Source of the DNA: the human T2T-CHM13v2.0 reference genome, Homo sapiens
DNA: 64,000 bases
Direction of reading: 5' to 3'
NCBI GenBank assembly: GCA_009914755.4
Contig: CP086569.2
Span: 20,352,001 to 20,416,000, forward strand
Below the pieces are notes generated by a model. It did no database searches, was not told the origin of the DNA, and saw only the letters and a list, made by a program, of their open reading frames with translations. The position numbers were made by a program, and so were the translations under genes. Below, in pieces: positions 40,021-55,987 of this stretch. The first letter of the stretch is position 1; every line of letters starts with the position of its first letter.

Positions 40021-43000
40021 ATAGGTGACACACAGTTTTATAACATAACCATCAGCTGCTATAGTCTGAACAGGAAGCTGCATATATGTGCCAGGCTGCT
40101 ATGTTTGTCTTGGGGCTTGTTTTCAAAAGTATGTAAAATATTTGGTGCCATCTTTCAAATCCCAATATGCAGCAGAAAAAATTGCAGCATTTCCCTGAAG
40201 AGCACCTTTAATTATTTACTGCTTAGACAGAGAAGATGCTACAAGAAAAGAAAGTCACAGGCTAGTATTCCTGATGGACACATACATAAATTCTCAAAAA
40301 CTACTAGCAAACTTAATATAATAACACATTAAAAGATAGTTAACCATGATCAAATGGTATTCATCTCTGAGAAACAGTTTAACATACACAAAACCAATTA
40401 ATGTAACACATCACATTGAAAAAAAAAGAAGAAATGAAAAGTACATGATCATTGTAATATCAACTGCAAAAGCATTTGACAAAATTTGACACCCTTTCAT
40501 GGTAACTCTCAACAAGTTAAGAAGAGAGGAAATTTATAGGCTACATATGACAGATGCATAGCTACCATCAGATTCCATGGTGAAAGGTCAAAATTTTATC
40601 CTAAGAACAGAGACAAGACAAGGATGGCTACTCTTCACCACTTATTTTCATCATAGTACTGGAAGTCTTTGCCAGAATAATTAGACAGCAGATAGTAATA
40701 AACGGTATCCTAACAAGAAAGAAAGAAGTGAATTTATCTCTACTTGGAGATAACATGATCTTATATTTAGAAAACCCCAAAGACTGCACCAAAAGAAAAC
40801 CGCTGGAACAGATAAATAAATTCTATAAAGTTACAGGACCAAGAAAATATGTAAAAATCAATATCATTTCTGCATACCAACAAACTACTAAGAAGGAAAA
40901 ATAACACAATCTCATTTATAAAAGCAACAACAAAGAAATTTAAAACTTGGGTATAAATTTAATCAAGGATATAAAAGACATTTATAATGAAAACTACAAA
41001 AAAAGATCAAATAAACTTAAACACAAATAGATTTGTCCATAAAATAGAAGAATTAATACTGTGAAAATATCCATTCTACCCAAAGTATTTTAGAAACTCG
41101 ATGTTATCACCGTCAAAATTCCAAGGTCTCTTGTCACAGAAATAGAAAACACAAACATTAAATTTGAATGGAACTACAAAAGACGCTGAAAGACTAAAAC
41201 AACCTAAAACAAAAAGAACAAAGCTAGAGGCAGCATATTCCCTGATTACCAGACATATTACAAAGAAAATCTAACAGGAGCACATAGTACTAGCATAAAA
41301 ACTGACACATTCAACCAGTTAAGAATGATAGAAAACCCAAAAATTACTCAAACATTTATGTTCAATTTTTTTTTTCCAAAGGTGCAAGGAGTGCAGAATG
41401 GAAAAAGGACAGGTTCTTCAAACAATGGTGCTGGGAAAACTCAATATCCACATGCAGATGAATGAAATTAGACTGTTATCTTACACAATATACAAAAATC
41501 AACTCGAAATGAATGAAAGAAGCAAATATATAATCAAAAGCTGAAAAACTACCAGAAATCTCAACAATATCAAACTAGGTAACAACTTTTTTGATATCAC
41601 CCCAAAAGCACAGGCAACAAAAGTAAAAATAATCAAATTAAATGGCATTAGACTGCAAAGCTTCTGTGTAGCAAAGGAAAAAAGAAAGGGAAGAAACACC
41701 CCATTGAGTAAGAGAACATATTTGCAAACTGTATATCTTACAAGCCATTAATTTCAAATTTACAAGTAACTCAACTGGATAACAATAAAACAATGTGAAA
41801 GTGGGCAAAGAATATGAACAGTCAGTTATTAAAAGAAGACATTCAATTAGTTGATAGGTCTATAGTCTTTCATACTGCCATGGAGACACCAAGATAACAA
41901 TGATATATGCACCAAACTTTACTCTGCAGACTCATTAAGAAGCTGCAGCACCCAGTCAAATGTATTGTCGAGAAATACTGCAACCAAAAACAGTAGCCAA
42001 GTCCATGATATTTTGCTCATCTTTATCCCTTCCTCTATCTGGTATAGTGAGGAATAATCAGAGTAAACCTTCTAATTCTCAGCTCGTCCCTCAGCATACA
42101 GCAACCCCTCCTTGCTGCCAACATTGTTCTGTCTTATTTTCAGGATGCCTGAGAAACTGGTTTCTATCTCACTTGAATCCGAAGTGCTGAAAGAAACTGT
42201 AGCATCATTTGTATACCAGGATGCACTATGCTGAAAACATGAGCACATCAGAGCAACAATGAGTCTGCAATGTCAGAGGCAGGAACCAGAGGAAGTAAGA
42301 AATGGTGGGCAGATGAATACCAAGACCAGATTGAAACCAAAACCAAATCACCTGAGAAATAGCATGGATGATCCTCTAATGGAAATTAAGACAGTTAAAT
42401 CAACTATACGTGTTAAAATAAAAGCACATACAGACAAGAGGCATCCCAAGAAAGGTACTGAGAAGTCCCAGAACCTCTATCTGGGGTGACTAGAAAAGAT
42501 CTTCCCCTCAATGAAGCCAGTACATAAAATGGAGGGGTGGCTGTTTCTCAAATGCCAAAATCCCAAGAAAGATTGAGAGACATGCAAGTAACATGGAAAC
42601 ATGGCCTAATGGCCAAATCCAAAAACAAAGTACATCACTGGAAACTGAACCTAAAGAAACTGAGATCACACAATTTCCACACAAAGGTTTAAAATAACTG
42701 TCTTAATTGTTCATTGAGAAAACAAAACAAAGACAGGCAACTAAATGAAATAAGAAAAATAGTACATGAACAAAAATGAGACTATCAAGAGAAATAGAAA
42801 CGATTTTCAAAAAAAAATTTTTTTTACAGCTGAAAAACAAAGTACTGAAATTAAAAACTCACCAGAAGACTTTGATGAGGTATGGGAAAGAATCAGTAAA
42901 CTTTAAGATAGTTTATTTGAAATTATTGAGTTACAAGAGAAAACAAAAGAATAAATATACATATCAATATACATATTATGAGAGTCACATAAAAGGAAGA

Positions 43001-43154
43001 GTAAGAGAGAGGCAGAAAACATTATTGGAAGAATACGACTAAAATCTTTCCAAATTCCGAGAAAAAAAGACATACAAATTTGAAAACAACAAATTCCACT
43101 AAGAATTTAAAAACACCCATACCAAGATATACTATGATAAATTGTTTTTCTATG

Positions 43155-43428
43155 GGGGTTTTTTGTTCTCCAGTTTGGAGGGCAGTGGTGCAATCTAAGC
43201 TCACCGCAACCTCTACCTTCAAAGTTCATGCAATTATCCCATCTTAGCTTCCTGAATAGCTGGGATTACAGGCAACTGCCAACACACCCAGCTAATTTTT
43301 TGTGTTTTCAGTAGATATGGGAATTTGCCATGTGGTCCAGGCTGGTCTTGAACTCCTGGGCTAAAGTGATCCATCTGCCTCGGCCTCCCAAAGTGCTGGG
43401 ATTACAGGTGTGAGCCACAGTGCAGACC
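43155..43428 (-). mobile_element. Alu element, minus strand, inserted in old L1
   Basis: ...cctgaatagctgggattacaggcaactgccaacacacccagctaattttttgtgttttcagtagatatggg...cctcggcctcccaaagtgctgggattacaggtgtgagccacagtgcagacc. Confidence 0.85.
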
Positions 43429-44212
43429 CAATCAAGCTGTTGATTTCTAAAGAAAAAGAGAAAATCTTGCCACATACCAGGAAGCTTCTATAAAATTACC
43501 AGTGAATTTCTAAGCAGAAACCTTGAAGGCCAGAAGGCAGTGAGAAATTTAGTGAAAAGAAAACCTGTCAATTAAGATTACATATATACACATACATATA
43601 TATGGCAAACATTCCTTAAAAATGAAGTAGAAATGAAGACTTTCCCAGATAAACAAAACTTGAAGGCATTTATTCCCACCAGACCTCCGTCACAAGAAAT
43701 GCTAAAGAAAGTATTTCAAAGAAAGAATGCTAAACAGCAATAGGAAGCCTTATAAGACATAAAATTATCTGATAAGGTAAATATATGGTCAAATATAGAG
43801 TCCTGTATTTTGAAAGATTGATGACAAATAATACTTTTAAAAGCATTAAAAGACAAAAGCCTTAAAAAATTATACATCCATACATCTGTGTACATGCCAT
43901 ATAAAGATTTAAGTGGGGTGCAGTGGCATGTGCCTGTAGTCCTAGCTACTTGAGAGGCTGAAACAGAAAGACTGCTGAGGTTAGGAGTTCAAATATAGCC
44001 AAGGCAATATACAAGATCCCACAATTTTTTTAATAAAAGATGTTATTTGCAATATCAGTAACAGAAAGTTGGAGGGAAACAAAGCTGTAAACATGCAGTT
44101 TTCATTTGTAGTTGAATTCAATATCAATTTAAAATAGATTATTGCAAGTGTAAGATGTTCTATGTAATCCCCATGTTAACTGTAAAGAAATCTCTACAAA
44201 ATACAGGCAAAA

Positions 44213-44508
<296 letters not shown>

Positions 44509-47500
44509 AATATATATATATATATATATATGCAAAAGGAATGAGAAGAGAATGTCACTAGCAAAAAAATCAAAACACAAAGGAAGACACTAAGAGTGAA
44601 GACAAGGGAACAAAAAGCTCAACACACATAAAAACAATAAACAAAATGGCAGCAATATGTAGGTCCTTCTCTACCAGTAACTACTTTAGATAAATGAATT
44701 AAGTTTCTTAATTTAAAAAAAGACAAATGGACTAAATGCATAAAACACGGGATCCACAAAGAGACTGATTTAGAGTCTTTAGGACATGATGCTAAAAGTG
44801 AATGAGTGGAAAAAGATACTACATGCAAATGGTAACCAAAAGAGAGCAGGGGTGGTTACATTAATATAATGAGTATATTGCAAACTTATGGAATGCAGCA
44901 AAAGTTGTGCTAACAGGAAAGTTAATAGCTGTAAACACTTACAATAAAAAAGAAGGCATCTCAAATCAACAACTTAATTTTACAGCGCAAGTGCAAGAGG
45001 AATACCAAAGTCAACCTAACACTAGTAGAGAGAAGAATAAATGAAAATTAGAGCAGAAATAAAGGAAACAGAAAATAGAAAAACAATACAAAAAAAAATA
45101 AACCAAACTAACAGGTGGCGATTGTTTTGAACACATCAAGAAAACTGACAAAACTTTAGGTAGATATTTTTAAAAAGGGAATAGATTCAAGTAACTAATG
45201 TCAGATTCAAATAACTAATAGATTCAAATAACTAATATCAGATGAAAAGGGGACATTACAACTGATGCCATAGATCAGCAACCCCTACCGTTTTTGCATC
45301 AGACAATAGGTTTAGTGGAAAACAATTTTTCCACAGACAGAGGAGGGTGATGGTATGATTTCTGGATGAAACTGTTACATCTTAGATCATCATGCACTAC
45401 ATTATCAGAAGGAGCACACAGTCTAGATCCCTTGCATGCACTGTTCACAAGCAAGTTTGCACTCTTATGAGAATCTAATGCCACTGCTGATCTGACAAGA
45501 GGTGGAGCTTAGACAGTAATGCTGGCTCACCAACCTCTCACCTCCTCCTGTGTGGCCTAGTTCCTAACAGCCTACGGATTGGAATGGCTCCATTGCCAAG
45601 GGATTGAGGACCCCTGCCATAGAGGTAAAAAGGAGTGTAAGAGAAAACTGTGAAAATTGTACACCAAAAAACTAGATAATCTAGAAAATATAAGTAAATT
45701 ACTATAAACATACAACCTAATAAAAATAAAATATAAAGAATGATAAAATCTGAAGAATCTTACAGTAAAAAGACTGAATCAGAAATCAAAAACCTTCAAA
45801 AAAGAAAAGCTCAGGATCAGAAACCTTCACTGTAGAATTCTACTTAACAAAGAATTAACACCTAAAACTCTTGCAAAAAAAAGTAAAGAGAAGAAAGAGT
45901 TCCACATTCATTGTTTGAAGATTTATACATTCATTCATTCCATACTGCCCAGATAGTAACACTAAAGAAAAGACTTAAGAAGAAAACTATAGGCCAGTAT
46001 AACATTTAAGTGAAAATCCTCAACAAAACACTAGCAACAATTCAACAGAACATTGAAAGCATTATACACCATGACCAAATTATGTAGGGTTTACACCTAC
46101 ATAAATACAAGGACATGCAAGAACATGAATAAATGCAAGGAATGCAAGGATAGTTCAACACCTGAAAATCAATCAATAAAATGCATTCTCACTAAGAGAA
46201 TGAAGAGGGAACATAAACTATCAACTCCATTTATACAAAAAAGGCATTTGCAAAAATTAACTCCATTTTGTGATATAAAAAAATGCTCAGCAGACTTGAA
46301 ATATAAGAAAACTACCTTAACAAATGTCACATATGAAAAATCTAGAGCTATCGTCATACTCAACAGCAAATGATGAAAAGCTTTTCCTCTAAGACCAACT
46401 ACAAGATGAGGATACTTGCTCTAGACTCTTTTAGTCAACATGATACTACAAGTCTTAGCCAGAGCAAATAAGCAGAAATAGTAATAAAATAGAAAGCATC
46501 CAAACTGGAAAAGAAGGAGTAAAAATATCTGTCTCTTCAGATCATATGATTCTATATATAGAAAACCTGAAAGATTCCACTGGTGGAAAACAAACAAATA
46601 AAAAAACCTGTTAAAACTAATAAATTAATTCAGCAAAGTTACAGAACGCAGAGCAATCAAGTTGTGTTTTGTAAGCTTACAATAAAACATACAAAAACAG
46701 CTGACAAAAATTCCATTCATAAGAAAATTTTACAAATAGTAACTTGGCATATTGAAACAAGAAATCATTGCTGAAAAAAATTTAATATACAAATAAAGAG
46801 AAAGACATCCTGTGTTCATAAATTGGAAGACCTAGTATTGTTAAAATGTCAATACTATCCATATTGACATACAGTACAACACTATCTTTCAGAATGTTAA
46901 CGGGTTTTTTTGCAGAAGCACAAAAACATATCCTAAAATAAATATGGAATCTTGGAAAACACTGAGTGGTAAAAACAAGCTTGAAAAAGAACCAAATTGG
47001 AGATCTCAAACTCCATGATACCAAAGCATATGACAAAGTTACAGAAACCAAAAAGTGTGGTGATGAACCAAAGAGAGAGAACAGAAACAAACCCTCAACT
47101 GTATGGTCAAAAGAATAAGAGTGACAAGACCACCCAGCATGGAAAGAAGAGGCCATTCAGCAAGTGGTGTTTAATAAACCTAGATACCCACATGCAAAAG
47201 AATAAACTTGACCCTTATACCATACACAAAAAGTAAATCAAGATTGATTAAAGACCTCATGTAAGTACTAAAGTCATGAAAGAAAGAAAAAAATCATAAA
47301 CAGAAAGGTTCATGACACTTAATTTGGCAGTGATTTCCTGGGTATGACCACAAAATCAAAAACAGAAAAACGGGATTGCATCAAACTAAAACGCCTCTGC
47401 ACAGTAAACAGTCAGCAGGTTAAAGGGATCCTAGTTTTTTGGTGTACAATTTTCACTGTTTTCTCTTACATTCCTTTTTACCTCTATGGCAAGGGTCCCC

Positions 47501-50500
47501 AATCCCTTGGCAATGGACCCTTTTACAAACCAAAAGGCTTTTAATTTGAATTAATACCCAATATATAAGGATTTCCAATCAATAGCAAAAAAATTGAAAA
47601 TGGGACTTTTAAAATGGAAAATAACTTAAATAACATTTCTCAAAAGAAGATATACAAGTGACCAATGGGTATAGGAACAATGTTCAACATCATTAATCAT
47701 CAGGAAAGGCAACATAATACCACCATGAGATACCATCTCACACCTGCTGCAATGGCTGTTACCAAAAAGACAAGAGATAAAATATATTGGCAAAGATGTA
47801 GAGAAAAGGAAATCCTTTTACACCACCAGTGAGAATACAAATTAGTACAGCTAGTATAGAAAACAGTATAAAGTTTCATCAAAACTTAAATATAGAACTG
47901 CCATATGATCCAGTAAATCTGCTTCACAGTATGTCTCCAAAGAAATTGAAATCAGTAGGTTGAAGAGACATCTCTTCTCTCATGTTCACTGCAGCATTAT
48001 TCATAATAACCAAGACATAGAATCAAACAAAGTGTCCATCAATGGATGACCAGTAAAGAAAATGTGGACTATATATACAACGAAATGTTATTGTGAAAAT
48101 TACACACATAAATATTATTTTGAAAATTTATATTGCCTTGATGTGCCTTGGTTTTACTGTGGCAAAATATATATAGTATAAAAGTTACCATTTTTAAGTG
48201 TAAGTTCTGTACAAAAAAATGAAATCCTATCATGTGCTACAACATCAAACTTTGAGGATATTTTGCTAAGGGAAACAAGCTAGTCATGAATACTGCATGA
48301 TTCCACATATATGAGATATCTAAAGCAGCAACACTCAGACACAAAAAGGAATTGTTTGTCAGGCACTTCAGGAAGAAATGTGTGGGGGTGTTCAGTAAGT
48401 ACAGTGTGTCTGATTTGGACGATGAATTTTGGAGATTGATTGCACAACATGAATGTAAGTAATTCTACTGAACTGTACACTTAAAGTGGTTAAGATAGGA
48501 AATATATGGGGTTTTCACCACAGCTTAAAACCCCCCAAAAAATTGTTAAAAGGACACTGGCAGGAAAATTAAAAAGCAATTGACAGAATGGGAGAAAATA
48601 TTAGCAAATTATATATCTGATGAAGGATTAAAATTCTGAACACATAAAGTATAATAACAGCTCAACACCACCACCAAAACAACCCAGCTAAAAAAATGGG
48701 TAAAGGATATAAACAATAAACAGTCATCCAACAAGGGTACAGAAACGATCAATAAGCACATAAAAAGGTGCTCAGCATCGCGAATCTTTGGAAAAATGTA
48801 AATCAAAACCACAATGAGATACCATTAAGCTGGCTATTAGGGTTTACCCCATCAGGATGGCTACTACCAAAAACAAAACAATAAAATGAAACAAAATAAC
48901 AAGTATGGGGAGGATGTGGAAAAACTGGGGCCCTTTTAAATTGCTGGTAGCAAGGTAAAATCATGCAGTCAGTTTGCAAAACCATACTGTGCTTCTTCCA
49001 AAAATTCAACATATAATTACAATTCTGGTCCAGCAATTCCACTTTTTGGTATAATACAGAAGAATTGAAAGCAGAAACTTAAACAGTGTTTTTAAGTGAA
49101 AAAAAGTCCACTGATGGATAAATGGATAAACAAAATGTTGTATGTGTGTATATGCATATATATGTATATGTATATACACACACATATATGGCATGAATGA
49201 ACCTTTAAGATATTATGCAAGTGAATGAAACCATTTGCAAAACAACAAATACTGTATTTAACTTACATAGGTTACCTAGAATAGTGAAATTTGTAGACAC
49301 AAATTAGAATGGTGGTTGACATACATGAGTGGGGAAAGAGCATTTAATGGATGTAAAGTTTCACTTAGGAAAAATAAAGAAATTCTGAGGATGCAGAGCA
49401 GTGATGATTGCACAACAATTTAGATGTGCCTAATGCCACAGAATGTATACTTAAAATGGTAAATATTATATTATATTGTATATATAACAATAATAAATCT
49501 AAAGCACATAAAAGAAATAAAATAAAATAAAATAAAATAAAATAAAATAAAATAAAATAAAATAAAAAAACAGAAAATACTCGACTATTGGTAAGAACGT
49601 TGCAGCCCCAATGGAAAAGAGCCAGAAAGTTACTCAAAGAAATAAAGAAATAGGAAGTTGGACTGAGGACACGATTAACACCAGGGTGTTTTCCGCTGTC
49701 TCTGTCTTCTCTGTATAGACTGAATGTTGAGATTTATTAAAGTCCATAAATTACACTTCTCAGGTAGCACAGACAAAATGGAAGGCATCTCAGAAACCAC
49801 CCCATATAACACAAATCAATGTCTCTCGGTTCTTCATGCAAGCACCAAAGAGTCCATTCCTAGAAAAGGAGAGGCTAAGAACAAAAATCATTTTCATGTA
49901 AATCATTTTGCATAAAATTAATCTGTATCAGGTAGGAGACTCCAATAATGCCCTCAAGGTTGCCAGCAGGTTCGTGTAAGAAGCACTGCAGAGGGAAATA
50001 CTACCCACTGTTGCTATCTGCTGCCATCACCCTCCTGCCTGTCTACACACACACATGCTCACAAGTTCAGCAGTTACAATAAAATGAGTCTTAGCGAAGG
50101 AAAGAAGAGGAGAGAACTGGAAATCTAGAGTAGAAAATACAGTGGCCAAGTACTTGACTCTTGTCAGCAGCAATATAGAGAGAAGGAGAAATGTCCCTTC
50201 CTCTTGGTAGACCAAAGTTCCGTAACACTTACCACACACCAATTGGCCTTGGCAATCCAACTTATTTTTCCCATGCCTGTACCTTCTGTCCCTACTGGAA
50301 TCTTGATGAAAAGAAACTACATGGTCAATGGTGCAATTCCACATGCCACAGGGAGACTCCAGTATACCCAAAGCCTCATTGATAATACTGCTGAGCTTAC
50401 TAGGAAATGGACACTGAAGATACCATCCCTCCACCTTAACCCACCCCCATCTCAGCCTCCACAGTCATTCAGGAAACCTTCCAAACTGACTGAAGTTTTG

Positions 50501-51116
50501 CTTCCCATGGTTGGCCCTTCCTCCCCTACAAAGATACAAGTGAGGTGTAAGCAACCACTGGGGATAAAGCAAAGGAGGGCAGTGCAGACCCTGGGAAGTA
50601 CTGGAGAAAAGGAACTAGCCTGCAAATCAGCAAGGAGCGTATAGGGAAAACCCAGGCTTCCCCACAGAACCCCTCATGCAAAAGTGTCTCGGACCAGGTG
50701 CCTCTCCCAGATCAACTATTGCTGTGAGGGACTCCCTTTTCCATTAATCTCTCAAGCTACTACATCTGCTTTTGTGTTCCTCTCATTTCTTTCACATTGT
50801 GCCACATGCTGAACCATCAGGGAATCATTTGCCTATGTGACAGCAGAAGCATTTGAATGCTGGGGTCCCTCAATAGAAGAGGTCCCAAAAAAAGAAATCT
50901 GTATCTTTCATTACAGTATCTTAGCATTACTTCTTCTCCCCCAAGCACATTCTTGATCTGGTCCCTACAGAGCTGGTTCCCACTCAAAGTGATGGGTGAG
51001 AGGGGTTTGCATAGGGAGGGATAGATCTAGAATAGGCAGATCTACAATAACTATTTATTTAAACCCTGAGTGCCTGTCAAAGCACTTGCCTCCACTAGAG
51101 TATCACAGGAAAAAAA

Positions 51117-51412
51117 TGCACTCGAGCTAGGTATTTTAACTCATGCCTATAATCCCAACACCGTAGGAGGCCAAGACAGGAGGATCACTCTAGCCCAGGA
51201 GTTTGAGACCAGCCTGAGCAACAAAGCAAGACCTATATCTACAAAAAATTAAAATAAAACACTTAGCCTCGTGTGGTGGTATGCACCTGTAGTCCCAGCT
51301 CTTCTAGGGGCTGAGGTGGGAGGATCATTTGTCCAAGTGTTAGAGGCTGTAGTGAGCTATGAGCATACTAATGGACTCCAGCGTGGGTGACAATAATAAC
51401 AATAATAATAAT
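51117..51412 (+). mobile_element. Old Alu (J/S-like) with an (AAT)n tail
   Basis: ...catgcctataatcccaacaccgtaggaggccaagacaggaggatcactctagcccaggagtttgagaccagcctgagcaacaaagcaagacc...gtggtggtatgcacctgtagtcccagct...(aat)n. Confidence 0.8.
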
Positions 51413-54115
51413 AAGGTACTTATTATTGTTGGATAGAGTAAGCTCCTCTATCCAACAAAATGGAACAAATTATACCATAAAGCTAATAGCAGCATTTATG
51501 AGTATACAAAGGGAATATAAAGAAACTTCACTCAGGAGTTCTGAGATTCCTTGCTCTTAATCCAAAGTCTGAGAGTCCACAGAAAGCAGGATAAGGGCCA
51601 GAGCACAAAGTAGGAATCCATTTTCTTTGCAAGGAACAATGGGAACCCCATGGGTGCTGCTTAATGTTAGAAGTCTAAAAACACAAAAGAAAGACTTAGA
51701 AAAACTTCAGTGTACCAACCACCCACAATTACTTTTCTGGTTGGTCAGAGTTCAGTCACTCCTCCTTGCTCCATAGAACTACACACACTGCAACACATGG
51801 AATTGCCTCCAAAGAGCATCAAGCAGATGTAAGGATGCTGGTGCAAATGAGGCCTACCTTGGAGCACAATAGCAAGTGACTAATACATTGCATACCATTA
51901 AAAATATTTTTTTCTATAATTTGCATTTAGTTCAGAAAAATGCCAACCAAAGTCCCTCCTCAAAAGCACAAATCAAATCTTGATAGTACAAGCCCAGCTG
52001 TAAACAGGAAAAGGCCTCTAACGTTTTCACACTACAGGCTTGTTTATCTTTAAGCCTTTCCTCCAGATGAAACTGAAGCAGGTGAAATGGAAGCAACATT
52101 TCTCCAGAAAATGGCACAAGTCATAAAAAGAGACCAATTTATAGAACTGGCAATGAGTTCAGGTATCACTCCAGAAGCATTTCTGTGCTCCCCATTAGGT
52201 ATCCTAAATATATGAAAAAGCCCATGTTAAAACTTAGGAAGACGGGAGGGAGGGGGAATGGAAGTGGACACAAAGAAATGCAAGCATCCTGCAGGTATTC
52301 ACCAGAGATTCAAAGTCATGTAGAAGGGCAGGATACAGATTAAGTCAGCCCTGAATGATTCACTGAACCCCAGGTTCTATGGTTATAAAGCTATCAACTC
52401 CAGAGTTCCTAAGGAGTAAATTTTTACACTAAGCTTGCCCCAACCCAGCCAAAAGGCAGACCTACATTCCTGATCATCTTGATTGCCTGCTTTGGTGACT
52501 TGGGCATTTTAAGGATTCATTGAATAGTCACCACTGCCAATTGATCTCCTTCCCAACATGATGCCTCCATGAAGTGCCTGGAGAGGTGCCAGGAACTTGG
52601 AAATGGCCTATGACTATGAACATCTAGTTTAATAAGTCACAGAGTGGATGGTACAGTAGGCAGACCTGAAGACTACACTTTTGCATCCTACAATTGAAGG
52701 CAAAAATATTTCTGAAAAGGGGAAGGCTTATAAGGGAAATAGATTGTCAAAAGCCAGCTGGCATTCTTTCTTCCCAAATATACCCTGTTTGAGTCCTGGA
52801 ACCTACAATGTTGCATTTCCAACCTGGTAAACAGTGGCAAGTGTAGGGAACACAGCACACTCCTGTTGCTAACTTGTCATCTGAAATAACAAGGCCATTT
52901 CAGAAGGAAACAGTGACTTTCAGAGTATTCTGCAATTTCCAGGATTATTATTACATAACTGATGTATTTTTAAATAATTATTTAATTTAATTAATAATTC
53001 TTACAGCAAGCTTACTACTTACAACTGAAAGTTATTTTCTCAAATCTTAAAAATTCTGTCACAAGCAGCTGAGAAACCAGGTGTACACATCCTAGCCAAA
53101 CTCCTCCAGACACAAACACGCATGACCCTGTAAGCCTTCTCCCATCACCTCCGCCTAACAAGTTCCCTAAACCACAACATACAAACCATCCTGCACCTCA
53201 TCCCAATCCTGGGATGTCAGAAAGATTTGTTTAGTTAAGTAAGGAAGTTCGGTTGAGCTTTCTCAGTAGAAGACACTCTGGCCAGAAACTAGCAGCCACC
53301 TCTGCACTTCCTCTGTGGGTTTACATCCTGTGGGCTTTATAAGTGCTGAGGAAAGACGACTAGAGACACTGTGCTAATCCTTGCCAATAGCGTTTACACT
53401 ATTTACAAATTTGTGATTGATGTAAATGGCCTTGACATTCCCCTTACCAAAGTCAAACCAGACTAGAGATACAGCTACAGATCAAACCTTAATGGCAGTT
53501 CAAAACAAGTCCCATACGGGTCAGCTTCACCAGAGACATCATAAGCAAAAGAATGCTGCCATTTCTTATAGATTTCTGTGCAGTTTATCAGCCCTCTCCC
53601 AGAATTTTCTCCTTGGGTTAAAAAGAAAGCATGATTCCTATAGCCCATTTCCTCAACTAGAAATCAAGTTTGTTCAAACCTCTAGGACTGATTGCTACAC
53701 TCGGCAAAAGCAGGAGCTGATCTACCCTGGACACGTTGAGGTTTTGGCAGTAAGTCTGTACATGTCACAAAGTCCTGATCTGTCCTATAGCCCACACCAT
53801 AGTGGTCTCTTTGTTTTGTAAATTGCCCACCTCAATGTCTCCTTTATGATATTTGATTAACTTCATTCCCATAGCATCATTATTAGAGCAAATTACAAGA
53901 CTAGTGAGTCCTTAAATATGCTTTAACTAAATACTTACATGAGGCTCATTATATGGTTTACCGAAGGCATTACCTTGTATCATAAACTTTCACTAGAAAT
54001 ACAACTGCCCAAGAAACAAATCTTTGGTCTCTGTCTAATGAATATCTTTTACATATAATTGACATTGTTCTTAACAATTAAATTTACCAGGCCAGTTTAC
54101 CTCCCATCTTAGCAC

Positions 54116-54493
<378 letters not shown>

Positions 54494-55044
54494 TAAACAG
54501 TATTTACCCAACTACAATTATTTTCAAAGTATACAGCCTGGGCCTTGCCTATATCAAAATATACTTCAGCTTTAGCTGAGTGCCCTCAGAGAAGGGGTGA
54601 AGGTGGGGAGTACAAGCACAGGAAATTATTTTCAAGTCTTTTTGTTTTCTTCAACAACAGAGGCAGTGGTGGAGCTGGGCAAGTCAAAATGTATGTTCCA
54701 GCTTTGGGTCTGATTAAAACTTGGTTGTCTAGAAACCTTGTTAAATGCCTTGTTAAATGCTTTGAAACTCCCATTTAGCAGTTCTGTACAAATGCAAACT
54801 TGAATAGCTCTAGGCCTACTTCTTCTAAAAAAAAAAAAAATGAAATGTAGTGTACAAATAATGTAAATCCTAGACAAGTGTCATGTTATCACATGACAAG
54901 TGCCAAGGCATTTCCTGTCAAAAACCCATGAATCTATATCCTCTAACCTTTGTAATTTTTTCTTCTATTGACAGCATTTTATACAGCATTTAATAAGCAC
55001 ACCCTGACTGTGTTTCACTGTGACTCTGAGCAAAATAAATGGTA

Positions 55045-55136
55045 GACTGCATTCTGGCCTGGGCGACAGAGCGAGACTCCATCTCAAAATAAACAAATAA
55101 ATAAATAAACAAACAAACAAACAAATAAATAAATAA
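55045..55136 (+). repeat. Alu 3'-terminal fragment plus (AAAC/AAAT)n simple repeat
   Basis: actgcattctggcctgggcgacagagcgagactccatctcaaaataaacaaataaataaataaacaaacaaacaaacaaataaataaataaa. Confidence 0.8.
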
Positions 55137-55540
55137 AGGGTAGAAAACCAGTAAGGGTGGGAAAAACAGTCCACAGAAGAGTGTCATGCTGGAGAAATGT
55201 CTTCAAGTGGGTAAGGAAAAATAGCATTTAGGAGTACTTCTACTGACCAAAAAGAAAACAAAAGTATTTTTTTGGAGGAAAGAAGCCACTCTCACTTGTC
55301 TGGTGGCTCAAAGCTGCGCAGATGTAACGTGTCTGGTTACAGCTTCCATTCCCAAGATAAACCAGTTTTTTTCATGATACTCTGCCCTCAGTTATCAGGT
55401 AATTTTCAAAAGATACAGATCTGATTTTCTACTCATGCTAGAAACTTTTTAAAAAATACAAAACATAAAACAGTGATCCCTGGCCGACTTTGCAGAACAC
55501 CACACTGAGCCCTCATAACATCCAGATTTAATCCTTATCA

Positions 55541-55987
<447 letters not shown>

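Noticed and set aside
50027-50644. Overlapping 135-aa (minus) and 146-aa (plus) ORFs
   Set aside because: Long ORFs on both strands of the same low-stop segment, with no splice signals, no recognisable homology and low-complexity composition. Most likely chance ORFs in a diverged repeat (possibly an LTR). Not supportable as genes.
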